Shown: positions 1-10,641, counted from the stretch's first letter. The stretch: 64,000 nt of DNA from Candidatus Obscuribacterales bacterium (GCA_965228855.1 CBDDIJ010000003.1:128001-192000), one strand, 5' to 3'. The notes: generated by a model from the sequence alone, not told the origin. Made by a program: numbers and translations.

Positions 1-785
1 CTCTGGAAGCCGAACTCGCGAAGGCGTTTAAATTAGAGCAACAGCTTAACTATATCGATTCGATGAACACCTTCGATAAAGTTATCGAGCGAGACAAAGG
101 CAAAAATCCAAAATCTTTGCACGGGCGCGGACGCGTGCTGACGAAACTGCGGCTGTACGATCGGGCGCTAGATGACCTCGAGAGCGCGGATAAACTCGAT
201 CCACACAACATCAACATATTGATAGATCTCGCAGCCGTGAAATATTTGCTCGGCGATTATTCAGATTCTGCGAAGGATTACGAGAAGATCTTGGCCGAGC
301 ATCCCAAAGATGCAGATGCGCTTTATGGGCGCGGTATTAGCTACGCGGGTATGGGGAAAAGCAAAGAGGCGATCGCCGACTTCGAGGACGTGATTAAGCT
401 GAAACCTCGTTACGATAAAGCATACCGCCAGATGTGCACTGCCTACCTTGCTCTCAATCAATCAGACAAAGCAGAGTCCACGATAACCGCGGCGATGAAC
501 TCCTGTGGCGCCGATGCTGATCTCTACTTCTCTCGCGCGCTTTCGCGCTATCAATCAGGTCGAAAAGATTCGGCGCTTGAGGACTACAACGAAGCGATTC
601 GCTTGAGCCCTGATCGCAAAGAGTACTACAACGATCGCGGTTTTGTGCAGATGGATCTCGGTAAATTCGACGATGCACGCAAAGACTTCAATCACGCACT
701 TGAGATTGATCCAAAGTACAAATTAGCTTCCGACAATTTGCGCCGGCTGCGGAAGCTTGAAAAATCGGACAAGTCTATACGTTAA
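1..785 (+). CDS. TPR-repeat protein (5' end runs off the window)
   Basis: Tandem TPR motifs (e.g. ALYGRGISYAGMGKSKEAIADFEDVIKLKP; YYNDRGFVQMDLGKFDDARKDFNHALEIDP). The frame is open from position 3 to the ATG at 63, so the gene probably starts upstream of the window. Confidence 0.9.
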   Translation, partial: LEAELAKAFKLEQQLNYIDSMNTFDKVIERDKGKNPKSLHGRGRVLTKLRLYDRALDDLESADKLDPHNINILIDLAAVKYLLGDYSDSAKDYEKILAEHPKDADALYGRGISYAGMGKSKEAIADFEDVIKLKPRYDKAYRQMCTAYLALNQSDKAESTITAAMNSCGADADLYFSRALSRYQSGRKDSALEDYNEAIRLSPDRKEYYNDRGFVQMDLGKFDDARKDFNHALEIDPKYKLASDNLRRLRKLEKSDKSIR

Positions 786-788
786 CTG

Positions 789-3218
789 TTAGCGGCGTCT
801 TTTGACGCGCGCTTTTAGTCCGTCGTAACCGCTCTGCCATTCGCGCAACTTCAACGCTACGTCGACATCTGATTTTTTCGCAGTAGCAATAGCTTGTTTG
901 AAGGTCGCGTCGGCTTTTGCAAAGTTTTTCTGATTGAGGTAAACATAAGCCATGTTTCTTTCGACTTGAGCGATTTGCAAAGGCTTACCTTGCTCTTGCC
1001 TGATGGTGAGCGCTTTTTCGAGCTCTGCCAGTGCCTTGTCGTAATCGTCTTTCAGATAGTAGAGAATTCCGATACGCTGATAACTCTGGGCTAGCGCGGG
1101 GTGTGTTTTGCTTTTTACGTTGGTGATACGAAGCTGCATCGCGCGGAAATAACTTTGCTCTGCTTGCGCATAATATTTTTCGCCGCCCTTCATGCTGCCG
1201 GCAAGCATTATGTATGCGTCCCCGAGCTGGTCCATGCGGAGCGCCAGATCCAATTGGCGAACACTGGTATCTGTTTCAGCAATTTGAACGGCCTGTTTCA
1301 TTTTGGCCTGCGCTGCAGCCAGGTTGCCATCGCTCAATTCCAGCAAGCCCAGACGCGATAGCGCCCGCATTAATTCGTTGCCGGAGTCCTTGGCCGACTG
1401 GAAGTACGTCAGAGCTGTGTTCAGTAGCTTACGCGCTTTCTCATTGTCAGCTGAATCGTTATTCTGCATCAAAAGCGCCGCTCTATCGAGATAGGCTTTG
1501 CCCTGCATGGTTGATGTTACCGGACCGCCTTTTCCATCGACTTTGGCTAAGTTCTCGAGTTGCCGAATGAATGCCTCCGCTTCAGTATCTTCGCCAGCTC
1601 CGATACATGCATTAACCATGTAATGAAGAGCATTTGCAAGCTTTTCGGGTTCGACTTTGTTTTTCTCACCTATGCGAATGGCAGCTGTTAAAACGTCCTG
1701 GGCTTCGTCATAGTCGCCCAGTTCATACTCGTCTATACCCTGGTCTAACTTGGCTTGGTAAGGATCCGTGCTCACCGGTGGCTGGCTCTGTCCCGTCGTG
1801 TCAGGAGGAGTGGTTGTTGTTTCAGTGTCGTTTTTATCCCCGCCGCCCTTCGACATATTGGAGAGCACCGGGACGAGAACCACGAGCGCAAGCAGAATCG
1901 CCCCAGCAACCAGAGCCCGTTTGTCTTTCATCAAACCGCCGGAAGTTGCACCATTTTTTGATTCCGAAGTTGACGGCGTCTGTTCGCTGACCGACGCGAT
2001 AGTTTCGCGAGCAATCGGGTCGGGATTTGTGGTTTCCAGTGCTGGATTAGGGACGGTACCACCCGTGGTGTCGGGTGCCTGCGGCAGTGAGCCCGATGAC
2101 ACGTCTTGCTGCGTCGGCAGAGAGCCGGTGAGACTGGCAGTCTTCATGACCGATTCAACAGTCGTCGTGGTGACGGAGGCTCCGATTGTCGCCGCGAGCG
2201 CTTCCTTCATTTCAACCATCGATTGATAGCGTTCGTTGGGATCTTTGTTCAAGCTCTTTTGAACGATTACCTCAAAGTCCTCAGGAATACCTGCCTCAGG
2301 AGCGATATCGTTCAAACGTGGAGCCGGTTCATTCACATGCTTGTACAAGCATTCGACGAGATCCTGACCGAAGAATGCCGGTTGACCCGTGAGTGTTCTG
2401 AACAGAACACAGCCGAGAGAATAGATGTCCGACCTCGCATCCAGAGTTTTTCCGCGACACTGCTCCGGGCTCATGTAGAGCGGGCTACCGAAAACCTCTC
2501 CAGTACGAGTGAGTTGATTCGCGTTCTCATTTTCTTCGGAAATTACCTTGGCGATTCCGAAGTCGAGAATCTTCACGAAGTCCGCCTGATCTTCGAACTC
2601 TGTGAGCATGATGTTGCTCGGCTTGATGTCGCGGTGAATCACACCGTTTTTATGAGCGTGTGCGAGCGCCGAACAAACTTGCATGAAAATCGCAGCGGCT
2701 CGCTGCCAGGGAACGCTTTGATTCTGCTCCAGAACCTCGCCCAGCGTCTGACCTTCCAGATAGTCCGTTACAAGGTAAGGTTGTCCTTGAGTCGAAATCC
2801 CGAAGTCAAAAACAGTAAGGATGTTCGGGTGATTGAGGCAGCTCAGCGCCTCAGCTTCCTTTTTGAACCGCATTACGGTCCCCGCGTCCGGAAGCATGTT
2901 CGGATGCAGCATTTTGACCGCGACGATACGCTTCATCAGAGTGTGTCTGGCTTTGTATACCAGACCCATGGCGCCGCCGCCAATTACAGCCAGAATCTCA
3001 TATTTCTCGCCAATCGTGCTGCCGATAGATGCTTCCATCGTCAGCGGCGTCAGAGTGGTGCCGTCGTTGGGGCACGTCAACTCATCGCCGGCAAACTCCT
3101 GCTTGCAAGCTATGCAGACCTTTTTCTTCGGGGTCGTATCGTCCAGATTGGTTGAGACCAAAAGCTTTTCTCCTTCCCTCATATTGTAAATCAGACCCCC
3201 ACCAATTGAGTGATTCAT
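789..3218 (-). CDS. Hanks-type Ser/Thr kinase: N-terminal Cys knuckle, kinase, TM helix, C-terminal TPRs
   Basis: CIAC..CPNDG, GGGAMGLVY, VAVK, HRDIKPSN, DFG, GSPLYMSPE; hydrophobic ALVAGAILLALVVLVPVL; TPR-like C-terminus. The true start may be the ATG at 3182 or later. Confidence 0.95.
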   Translation of the reverse strand: MNHSIGGGLIYNMREGEKLLVSTNLDDTTPKKKVCIACKQEFAGDELTCPNDGTTLTPLTMEASIGSTIGEKYEILAVIGGGAMGLVYKARHTLMKRIVAVKMLHPNMLPDAGTVMRFKKEAEALSCLNHPNILTVFDFGISTQGQPYLVTDYLEGQTLGEVLEQNQSVPWQRAAAIFMQVCSALAHAHKNGVIHRDIKPSNIMLTEFEDQADFVKILDFGIAKVISEENENANQLTRTGEVFGSPLYMSPEQCRGKTLDARSDIYSLGCVLFRTLTGQPAFFGQDLVECLYKHVNEPAPRLNDIAPEAGIPEDFEVIVQKSLNKDPNERYQSMVEMKEALAATIGASVTTTTVESVMKTASLTGSLPTQQDVSSGSLPQAPDTTGGTVPNPALETTNPDPIARETIASVSEQTPSTSESKNGATSGGLMKDKRALVAGAILLALVVLVPVLSNMSKGGGDKNDTETTTTPPDTTGQSQPPVSTDPYQAKLDQGIDEYELGDYDEAQDVLTAAIRIGEKNKVEPEKLANALHYMVNACIGAGEDTEAEAFIRQLENLAKVDGKGGPVTSTMQGKAYLDRAALLMQNNDSADNEKARKLLNTALTYFQSAKDSGNELMRALSRLGLLELSDGNLAAAQAKMKQAVQIAETDTSVRQLDLALRMDQLGDAYIMLAGSMKGGEKYYAQAEQSYFRAMQLRITNVKSKTHPALAQSYQRIGILYYLKDDYDKALAELEKALTIRQEQGKPLQIAQVERNMAYVYLNQKNFAKADATFKQAIATAKKSDVDVALKLREWQSGYDGLKARVKRRR

Positions 3219-3723
3219 CAGATTTGTGCCGTCGCCCGCGGATAGTTGAAAAGCGATGGAATGCTTATCCAGTTGCCGAAAGGCTGGGAACAGCTCTCAT
3301 AAAGAATCTTTTCGAGTTGAAAGATGAAACATTTAGAACCCTTGGAAGTAAGACCCCCGATCGATATCCAGGAGGGTGATGTCATGCGATGGTTCAATTT
3401 ACAACCTTCGCGCACTCGGTCCATCCAGAGTCTGTTTCGTTTCAAAACAGTTGCAGTCGTATTGCACCGTATATAGTACCGTCGCGCTATCCGTTTTGTT
3501 CAACATTGAGTCACCGGATACGGTGCTCTTCACAATTATTCATTGCGAACCGTTAATTAACTGTTCGTCCTCAGACTTCCGGTTTCGCCGTTGCACGTGC
3601 AAAATGGAGAGAGTCGTCTCGTCATCGAAGCAGCAGTCTCAACCGGCATCTCCGGCTGAGCAGGCAATTGAAACGGTCTAGCGGAATCTCCATCTCCGTC
3701 TGTTCGACGTTGGAAAATTACAG

Positions 3724-4563
3724 ATGAAAAATATAACCAGAAAGCGCATTAAGTTGGGCATTTTCTTTCTTGTCGCTTTGTATATAGGGCTGAATCCACT
3801 TGGTTTTTATTCTCGATTCGAATTTCTGCCTGAGGAATACAATGCCACGAAATACGCTGTGGCTGACAAGATTCCGCATGAGGATGTCTACATTCCCGTT
3901 TCTAATGGAAAGAAAATCCATGCGTGGTATTTCCCAGTTGCAGATTCTAAACACACGATAATTGTCCACCATGGTCAAGCGCACAACATCGCATTTTTCT
4001 TTCCTGTGGCTCAGTTGTTCCACAATTGCGGTGCATCGGTACTTTCTTACGATTATGAGGGTTACGGTCGGAGTGATGGGCCCACGGCTCATGAAGCGCT
4101 TCGCCGCGACTCGGAGGCGGCGCACAAATTTATCAGGGACGTGAAAAAAATTCCGGAGAACAAAATTGTTCACTGTGGTATTTCAATGGGGACGGGGGCC
4201 GCTTGCGATGTAGCCGCCAGGCAGAAGTGTGCTGGAGTTTTCCTCTGTAGTCCTTACTGGTCCACGACGGCAATCGCGAATAGCTTCGTTCCTATCTCCC
4301 GCTTGTATCCACGCTTCGCATTTCCCCAGCCGAACTTTGGTGCTGCTGATCTTGTGACGAAGAATGTTCCAATCCTGATTGTCCATGGCGACAATGACCC
4401 AATTATTCCGCTTTGGCAGGCCCAAAAAATTTACGACCTGGCAGTGGGTCCGAAAGAACTGTTCATCGTTAAGAACGGCTTCCACGTTGGCAGTTTAGCT
4501 CCAGGAATCGAAGAGTTCTGTTCGAAATGGCTCAATAGTTTGCCGACCGAGCTGAAATACTGA
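3724..4563 (+). CDS. Alpha/beta hydrolase (ABHD/YfhR-like) with N-terminal membrane anchor
   Basis: HHGQA, DYEGYGRSDG, nucleophile elbow GISMG, HGDND, C-terminal GFH. Confidence 0.9.
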   Translation: MKNITRKRIKLGIFFLVALYIGLNPLGFYSRFEFLPEEYNATKYAVADKIPHEDVYIPVSNGKKIHAWYFPVADSKHTIIVHHGQAHNIAFFFPVAQLFHNCGASVLSYDYEGYGRSDGPTAHEALRRDSEAAHKFIRDVKKIPENKIVHCGISMGTGAACDVAARQKCAGVFLCSPYWSTTAIANSFVPISRLYPRFAFPQPNFGAADLVTKNVPILIVHGDNDPIIPLWQAQKIYDLAVGPKELFIVKNGFHVGSLAPGIEEFCSKWLNSLPTELKY

Positions 4564-4717
4564 CCTGTCTGGTTTTGTCGAACAGCCGAAACGCAAGGGG
4601 GGAAACGTTATCGTGCAGCCTAGAAAAAAATCACCCCGGGGTGGTGTCGATTTGTCGGCGCAAACTTGTTAGGATGGTATTTCCGCCTGTGTGGTATTTA
4701 CGAGGCTCTAGGCACCG

Positions 4718-7117
4718 ATGTCGGATTTCGTTCCTAAAACTGAAATGGAGCGAATCTTCGTCCAGACCGTGGGATGGGATGCGCTTAGACTCTGGCGCCG
4801 ACTTATCTCCAATGCCGAACGGGAGAATTGGTCGCACGTTGCCGCCATGACCCTGGGTCTTACCTTCGTCTATCTTCAACAATCTGCGACCCCGACATTC
4901 AGCGCTCATCGCCGGAGTCGTTTGGAAGAAGATGCGCTCGGTACTATCGAGTACATGGATACTGTCGTCGGCAAGTTGTCCATGGAAGAGCAGAACAGCT
5001 ATTTTCGTCTGAGTCATCTTGCATTGACGCTACTTGCGGAAACAGACGCGACTTTTCACAACGCCCCCGTCTCTTGCATTTTGCATTTCATGCGTGAGGT
5101 CTTTGTTCAGGAGAGCCGCCCGAAGTCGGATCAATTGGAGCAGGCACTCCTTCTGCAACGACTGTACGCCTGCGACTCGTGGCGCAAGCAGTTTTTAAAC
5201 GAGGAGCTGCCTGTCTGTATTAAGGTCACAGAGACAAAGAAGTTTGAACTCCCCGACCTGGAGATGGAAAAGGCGGAAAGAACTCGACAGGCTAGAATTG
5301 AAAGTCCTCCCAATGTGCCAATGCCCTGTTATGAGTTTATTCCGGAACTCGGAATTTACGTCGAAGTTTTCGGAGACAAATTTGTCTTCGAAACTGACGC
5401 TCGTTTGAAACATCACGAAAGTTGGCGTCTGCGAATCGTAAAAATCCACGAGGATGGTGAGGCTCATCAAAGCGGATGGCGCGTCGGGGACGTAATTTTA
5501 TCGGTTAACAGTTTTCCTATAACGTCAATTGACGAGTTGAGAATGTCGTATTCGAATCTGCTTCCAGGAGAAGTGGTGGCAGTGAAAATCAAACGCAACA
5601 ATGAGATCAAATCTTATCGCGTCAGCCTGAAGAAAACTTCGTCCATCCGCCAACACAAGAAGGCGGATTCGAACAGGCGCCATGAGCTTATCATGGCAGG
5701 GCATTCTCGACAATTTGAATCTCTGAATTCGAAACTTGATGAATGCACTACCAGATACGGTATCAACTCGGACCAGGCGACTCATGCGCTAATTTCACTG
5801 GCAAGCTTTGTCGGGCGGACGAGAATATTTGGTGTCAACATCTACCTTTACGAGCTCGTCGGTATTTTGGAAAACCACGAAATTTTTGTCTCCGCATTCG
5901 ACCTTCGTCGGGTTTACTACTTGAGTCGTGATATCCAGGCGGATCCTGAACTTCTCGACTTATCGAGGAAGCTGCAGACGCTCGTATTCCAGCGCCGGAT
6001 TGCGGACTTTGGGCGGGACATGGGGATGGCTATTCCTCTAACTCGACTGGTTCGGATCTGGAGTACAACGAACCGGTTAAAAGACGGCTCCGACCTGTGC
6101 AAGTCCCTTCAAGAATGGGCCCGTAAATCACTTCCAGCTGACGACCTTATCTTCAGACAAATTGAATCTGCTGCCAGTTTCGTCGACCAGCTGCAAACGC
6201 GAAGCATTACTGCCGAGCAAGTAACTCTTCCTACAGCTGAAGTCTCTGAACCTCAAACTGTCGGCGAGGGCTCAATGAGTTTGGTTCCCGTGAAAGAATC
6301 GGGTGTGGGACCCGATGATGACTGGAAAGAAACAGATGAGTTTATCTCTATGATGGCGCTTGTTGCACTGGACCACAAGTACAATCGGCGGGAGCAACAA
6401 TCCGATCTGGTGTTGCAGGAACTTCTTGCCTATTATGCGGAATGCGAGGGGGAGGATGCTCGACGAGTTGGAGAAATGCTCTGGGCCTTGATGGAAACCG
6501 ATTTGCGTGAGAGCAAAAGTTTTCGAGAAGGTTTACTCGAGTTGAGCATGAGGAGAGCAATCAATCGGCATCGGCGAATCAGGCTTTATGCTCACGTCAA
6601 GAGATTAGTTTATCTTGAACGAGCGAAAGACAAAGTCGATGCAACGCTGAGATTTATCTGGGAGGACTGTCGATCTATATCTCCGTCATTTGCGACCTTG
6701 GTGTACGAGCAATTTCTGCACTTCTCCGTTAAGGATCGCAAGCAGTATGTGACTCCAACTTCTAGCAAGGATGAGCTTGAAGCGGCCGAGCTTGAATTTC
6801 TCAACATCTTTTCCGAGAATCGCCCTCTCTCTCAAGCTAGTTTGCAATTTGGCAATGAGCTGGGAGAACAGCTTAGCGAGTGCTTTATCTCTGCCAAACG
6901 ACCAGCTGAGGCGATCGATATTCTTCGAACTCTTTTGGCTCAACCTCGACAGACGCAAGAGAATGTTACGCTGCTGCTGACACGGTTGGCTCATGCCCAT
7001 GTCGCGGATGGCAACGTCTTTGAGGCGACAGCTGTTCTTTACCTCGCCTTCAATATTCCGGATGCGGATGATTACTTTGACCCGGAGTCTGAACCGGAAG
7101 TGTTAGAGAGTGCGTAG
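4718..7117 (+). CDS. Large helical protein with a central PDZ domain
   Basis: 799-aa ORF with a PDZ signature (IVKIHEDGEAHQSGWRVGDVILSVNSFPI...GEVVAVKIKR). Flanks look helical/TPR-like; no signal peptide or protease motif seen. Confidence 0.75.
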   Translation: MSDFVPKTEMERIFVQTVGWDALRLWRRLISNAERENWSHVAAMTLGLTFVYLQQSATPTFSAHRRSRLEEDALGTIEYMDTVVGKLSMEEQNSYFRLSHLALTLLAETDATFHNAPVSCILHFMREVFVQESRPKSDQLEQALLLQRLYACDSWRKQFLNEELPVCIKVTETKKFELPDLEMEKAERTRQARIESPPNVPMPCYEFIPELGIYVEVFGDKFVFETDARLKHHESWRLRIVKIHEDGEAHQSGWRVGDVILSVNSFPITSIDELRMSYSNLLPGEVVAVKIKRNNEIKSYRVSLKKTSSIRQHKKADSNRRHELIMAGHSRQFESLNSKLDECTTRYGINSDQATHALISLASFVGRTRIFGVNIYLYELVGILENHEIFVSAFDLRRVYYLSRDIQADPELLDLSRKLQTLVFQRRIADFGRDMGMAIPLTRLVRIWSTTNRLKDGSDLCKSLQEWARKSLPADDLIFRQIESAASFVDQLQTRSITAEQVTLPTAEVSEPQTVGEGSMSLVPVKESGVGPDDDWKETDEFISMMALVALDHKYNRREQQSDLVLQELLAYYAECEGEDARRVGEMLWALMETDLRESKSFREGLLELSMRRAINRHRRIRLYAHVKRLVYLERAKDKVDATLRFIWEDCRSISPSFATLVYEQFLHFSVKDRKQYVTPTSSKDELEAAELEFLNIFSENRPLSQASLQFGNELGEQLSECFISAKRPAEAIDILRTLLAQPRQTQENVTLLLTRLAHAHVADGNVFEATAVLYLAFNIPDADDYFDPESEPEVLESA

Positions 7118-7139
7118 ACCGGGATTGGGAACGACTTCG

Positions 7140-7688
7140 CTAACGCCAGACTATTGAGTCAAGTGCATCATTGAATATTGGCTTGTAATGCTCGAATTCA
7201 TCTCTGGTTGTGGCCTGCAGGAAGAACTCCTCGACCATTTTTCCTTCAGACCCAGCCTGGTAAAACATACCTGAGTAGATGCGGTTGTTTTTAAACTTAC
7301 CCTCAACCCGTAACACGAGCCGTCCTGCTACAGTGCGCACTGCCAGCGCAGTTAGCTCGAAATTCGGACCTTCTAAACTATCTAGAGGATTAGTGTTGGT
7401 GTATTGGTTATCGCCGGTTGTGGCCATTCCCATCACCGTCCGCAGTGCCAAAACTTCTTCGAGGTCGAAGTCGTTTTTCTCTCCCTGTTTGAGAACATAT
7501 GCAAAAACTTTTCGCGATGCTTCGTCCAGTGGTACGCCGCGATAAGAGATGTTTATCTCGACATTATGCGGGCCGGCCGGTTGAAATATCCTTTCCCATC
7601 TCACGCCGAGCGCAGCACCACTTCGCCGCTCTTGCCAGTCGTCTGGCAGGGTGAACTGTTTGATTGCGCCGATGTTTTCCAGTTTCAT
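7140..7688 (-). CDS. Hypothetical protein, possibly PsbP/DcrB-like fold
   Basis: Starts 3 nt after the LRR gene stop. N-terminal FTLPDDW and C-terminal FEHYKPIFNDALDSIVW resemble PsbP/DcrB-like proteins (inference). Confidence 0.55.
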   Translation of the reverse strand: MKLENIGAIKQFTLPDDWQERRSGAALGVRWERIFQPAGPHNVEINISYRGVPLDEASRKVFAYVLKQGEKNDFDLEEVLALRTVMGMATTGDNQYTNTNPLDSLEGPNFELTALAVRTVAGRLVLRVEGKFKNNRIYSGMFYQAGSEGKMVEEFFLQATTRDEFEHYKPIFNDALDSIVWR

Positions 7689-7691
7689 CTA

Positions 7692-10583
7692 TCAGACTTC
7701 TTGTGGTTCTTGAACTTCCTGCACTTCTTTTACTTCGGCTGCTTCGTTACTGCCGTTGTGAACTGCGCCTGTATCTGTTCCACCATCATCGCCACCGACT
7801 GAGATCATATCAATCTCACAATATGGCAGCGAGTTGAGAACTAGGTCCATCTCCTCTTCAGTGTAAGGGCACTCGGAAATGGCTATGCGAGAAAGATTCG
7901 GCATGTCCTTCAATACAGTTAGATCCAGGTATGAAATGTTCGTTCCTACCATATTCAGATGTTCTAGAAGCGGTAGTGTCGCGATTAGTGGAAGAATCTC
8001 AGAGCCTATTTGCGTCCCATTCAAATTCAAATGGCGCAGGCGTGTGAGTTTGTTCAAGTGCATGATCGCGCGATTATCGATCAACGTACCTTCAAGATTG
8101 AGTTCATGCAATTGTGAGAGCTCAGACAAATGACTGACACCATCGCTGGTGATATCTGTGCAAGAGAGATCTAGCACTTCCAAGCTCGTCAGCCCCGAAA
8201 GGTGAGCGGCGCCTTCGTCCGTAATGAGAGTGGAGCCGAGCCTGAGAGCTCGCATTGCGCGCAGTCCTCTGATATGGGCGAGACCGGCATCGCCAACTCT
8301 GCTGTTGTTTAAATTCAGCCACCGAAGCGACGACAATAACCTCAGGCAAACAAGACCGGCATCCTGAAATTGCACGCAGTTTTCCAAATCAATAGATTTT
8401 AGGTTTATCAAATTGCTGATGGACGCGAGCCCGATATCCGACACCTCTGTGTTCGATAGGTTGATCATCTGTAGCTTCGTGAGCTTGCCGATGTGAGTTA
8501 AACCAAGATCGGTGATGTCGGTTCCACTCAAATTAAGCTCTTTCAATTTCGCATAATTCGAGAGAATCGCCAGCGTTTTATCCGTAATTTTTGACCGCGA
8601 GAAATCGAGCGAGCGAACGGAATTGAGGCGCGCAACCCAGGACATGCCTTCATCGGTGACGTTCCCTAATCGCAAATTTCTCAGTTTTACTAGGTCCTGA
8701 AGGTGACGAAGATCCTCGTCTTTGAGGCTTTGAGGAAAGTCGATATAGCGAAGTTCCTTCAACGCGCTCACATGCTTTAGTGATTTGTTTGTCAACTTAC
8801 CGCCAGCCATGCCTAAGAAGCTGATATAAGGTAGGTGCTGAATGTGGGCGATACCATCATCGGTGACACCACTCATCGAGACGTCGAGTTCAACCATGCG
8901 CTTCAAGTTCTTCATCGACTTGAGTGTTTCATTGCCCACGTCTTCGCTGCATTTTATGCTAATCGATTCCAGGTTCGTGAGCTTGTCAATGCCGTGAATT
9001 CCCTCATCCTTGCAGGTGATGTTGGACAAATCCAGCTTCGTCAATGCCGGCAAATTGTCCAGCACTATAGTCTCGCCTTCATATCGAATTGTCAGCTCTT
9101 TGAGTAGAGGAAGATCACGAACGATAAACTTCAGGCGACTTTTATGGTCTTCGAATTCCGGATCCGGCTCCATCGAAACAGCGCCAACGTTCAGTCTCTC
9201 CAGTGACTGCAGGTCGCTGAACAAGGTTGTGCTGTCGCCGCGAATCAGCATATTTCTCAGCGTCAAATCTCGAAGGTTTTCGAGTTTCGAAACATATATC
9301 ATGCAATCGTCGCCGACTTCTTCAGCACGAATAACAAGACGCTCCAAGTTGTGCAGTTGTCTCAGATGCGACAGTCCGATTTCAGTGATACCATCGACAC
9401 GTAACACGAGGCTGGTCAGTTCAGGGAAGTAGCGTAAACAGCCGAGACCTTTGTCGGTGATGTCGGCATACACAATGTAGAGTTCCTGTAGACCGCTTTC
9501 GATGTTAAACTCGAGAAGCGCATCATCGGTGATACCATCACCTTCCAGAAGTAAACTGCGCAGGCTGGAAATACGCCCGAGCGCGCTCAGTCCCGCTCCG
9601 GTGCCGGAAATTTTACAATGCGAAAGTCGAACATCGCGTAACGTGACCAGAGTGGCCAGATCGTCCAGGGCACCATCTCCGATATCACATGCCGTAAGCT
9701 GCAGATTGCGTAAGTGTGGAAAGCGGAATAGTTCTTTCAACGAATACTGCGGTAGGTCCAATCCGCCAAGACGCAGCTCTCGCAGACCGCTCAGATGACT
9801 GAGAGCTGACCAATTTGCGTCGGTAAGTTGATCTCCGATGAAATCGAGTGATTGAATATCATCAGGTTTAAGCGCGGCCAGGTGGTTAAACGGTTCAGTA
9901 GCATCATTCAGCTCCAGGCGTACGAAATCGCGACGAGAAACCTGAATCATGCCCTGCGCTTCGCCGATATTGCGCCAGGTTCTTTGTCCGCCATCGCCAC
10001 TTTCGGCTATCCATACGGTTCCAATCGAGTGCCCTTCTGGAAAACGAATAGTTCGGACCTTTCGAGAAATTATATGGCAGCGCGGCAACGCACGAACCAG
10101 TTCGTTGATACCATATTCGGTGACATTAGTTCCATCGAGATATAGATTGCGTAGTCCCCGAAGACCCTTCAGATACTCCAGACCTTCGTCTGTGATTGCA
10201 GTTCCGCCAAGGTCAAGCGTATGAAGGTTTTTCAAATTGTAGAGATACATCAAGCCGCGGTCAGAAATCGGGCTCTTCGGCAACGTCAGATAGCGCAGTC
10301 CGCTTAGACCCTGGACAAAGGACAGCTCATGGTCTTTAATCGGACGCTGGCGGAAATCGAGAGACGCGAGGTCGCTCGGATTCAAGATTGAAAAATTAGC
10401 CAGATCGCAGGTCGGTGAGACCAGTAAGTGCAGATAGCCCGCCAGAGGGACGCTAACTTCGCCGTATGCATCGCCAATCTGGCGTTCCCACCATTTGCTC
10501 TGGTCGTTCTCCTGATAGATAAGATAAAGACCGCCAAGCGATGTGTCGGTCGGAAAAACAATCGTTCTCTCCAGTCCTGTCAT
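7692..10583 (-). CDS. Leucine-rich repeat protein
   Basis: Many LxxLxLxxTxITDxGLxxL repeats. Start placed at ATG 10583 (MTGLERT) because the ORF-track start overlaps the upstream permease. Confidence 0.93.
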   Translation of the reverse strand: MTGLERTIVFPTDTSLGGLYLIYQENDQSKWWERQIGDAYGEVSVPLAGYLHLLVSPTCDLANFSILNPSDLASLDFRQRPIKDHELSFVQGLSGLRYLTLPKSPISDRGLMYLYNLKNLHTLDLGGTAITDEGLEYLKGLRGLRNLYLDGTNVTEYGINELVRALPRCHIISRKVRTIRFPEGHSIGTVWIAESGDGGQRTWRNIGEAQGMIQVSRRDFVRLELNDATEPFNHLAALKPDDIQSLDFIGDQLTDANWSALSHLSGLRELRLGGLDLPQYSLKELFRFPHLRNLQLTACDIGDGALDDLATLVTLRDVRLSHCKISGTGAGLSALGRISSLRSLLLEGDGITDDALLEFNIESGLQELYIVYADITDKGLGCLRYFPELTSLVLRVDGITEIGLSHLRQLHNLERLVIRAEEVGDDCMIYVSKLENLRDLTLRNMLIRGDSTTLFSDLQSLERLNVGAVSMEPDPEFEDHKSRLKFIVRDLPLLKELTIRYEGETIVLDNLPALTKLDLSNITCKDEGIHGIDKLTNLESISIKCSEDVGNETLKSMKNLKRMVELDVSMSGVTDDGIAHIQHLPYISFLGMAGGKLTNKSLKHVSALKELRYIDFPQSLKDEDLRHLQDLVKLRNLRLGNVTDEGMSWVARLNSVRSLDFSRSKITDKTLAILSNYAKLKELNLSGTDITDLGLTHIGKLTKLQMINLSNTEVSDIGLASISNLINLKSIDLENCVQFQDAGLVCLRLLSSLRWLNLNNSRVGDAGLAHIRGLRAMRALRLGSTLITDEGAAHLSGLTSLEVLDLSCTDITSDGVSHLSELSQLHELNLEGTLIDNRAIMHLNKLTRLRHLNLNGTQIGSEILPLIATLPLLEHLNMVGTNISYLDLTVLKDMPNLSRIAISECPYTEEEMDLVLNSLPYCEIDMISVGGDDGGTDTGAVHNGSNEAAEVKEVQEVQEPQEV

Positions 10584-10641
10584 TATTTCTCTGCTTCGCT
10601 TTGCCAATACTCTTCCGGGCGGCGCGCCCGACAGTAACGGA

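Noticed and set aside
2106..3155. 349-aa + strand ORF and similar antisense ORFs (e.g. 35202-35804, 37336-37845)
   Set aside because: These are shadow frames opposite well-supported genes and show no protein motifs.
5665..5674. GGATTCGAAC resembling a minus-strand tRNA T-loop
   Set aside because: It lies inside a long CDS and has no acceptor stem or cloverleaf around it.
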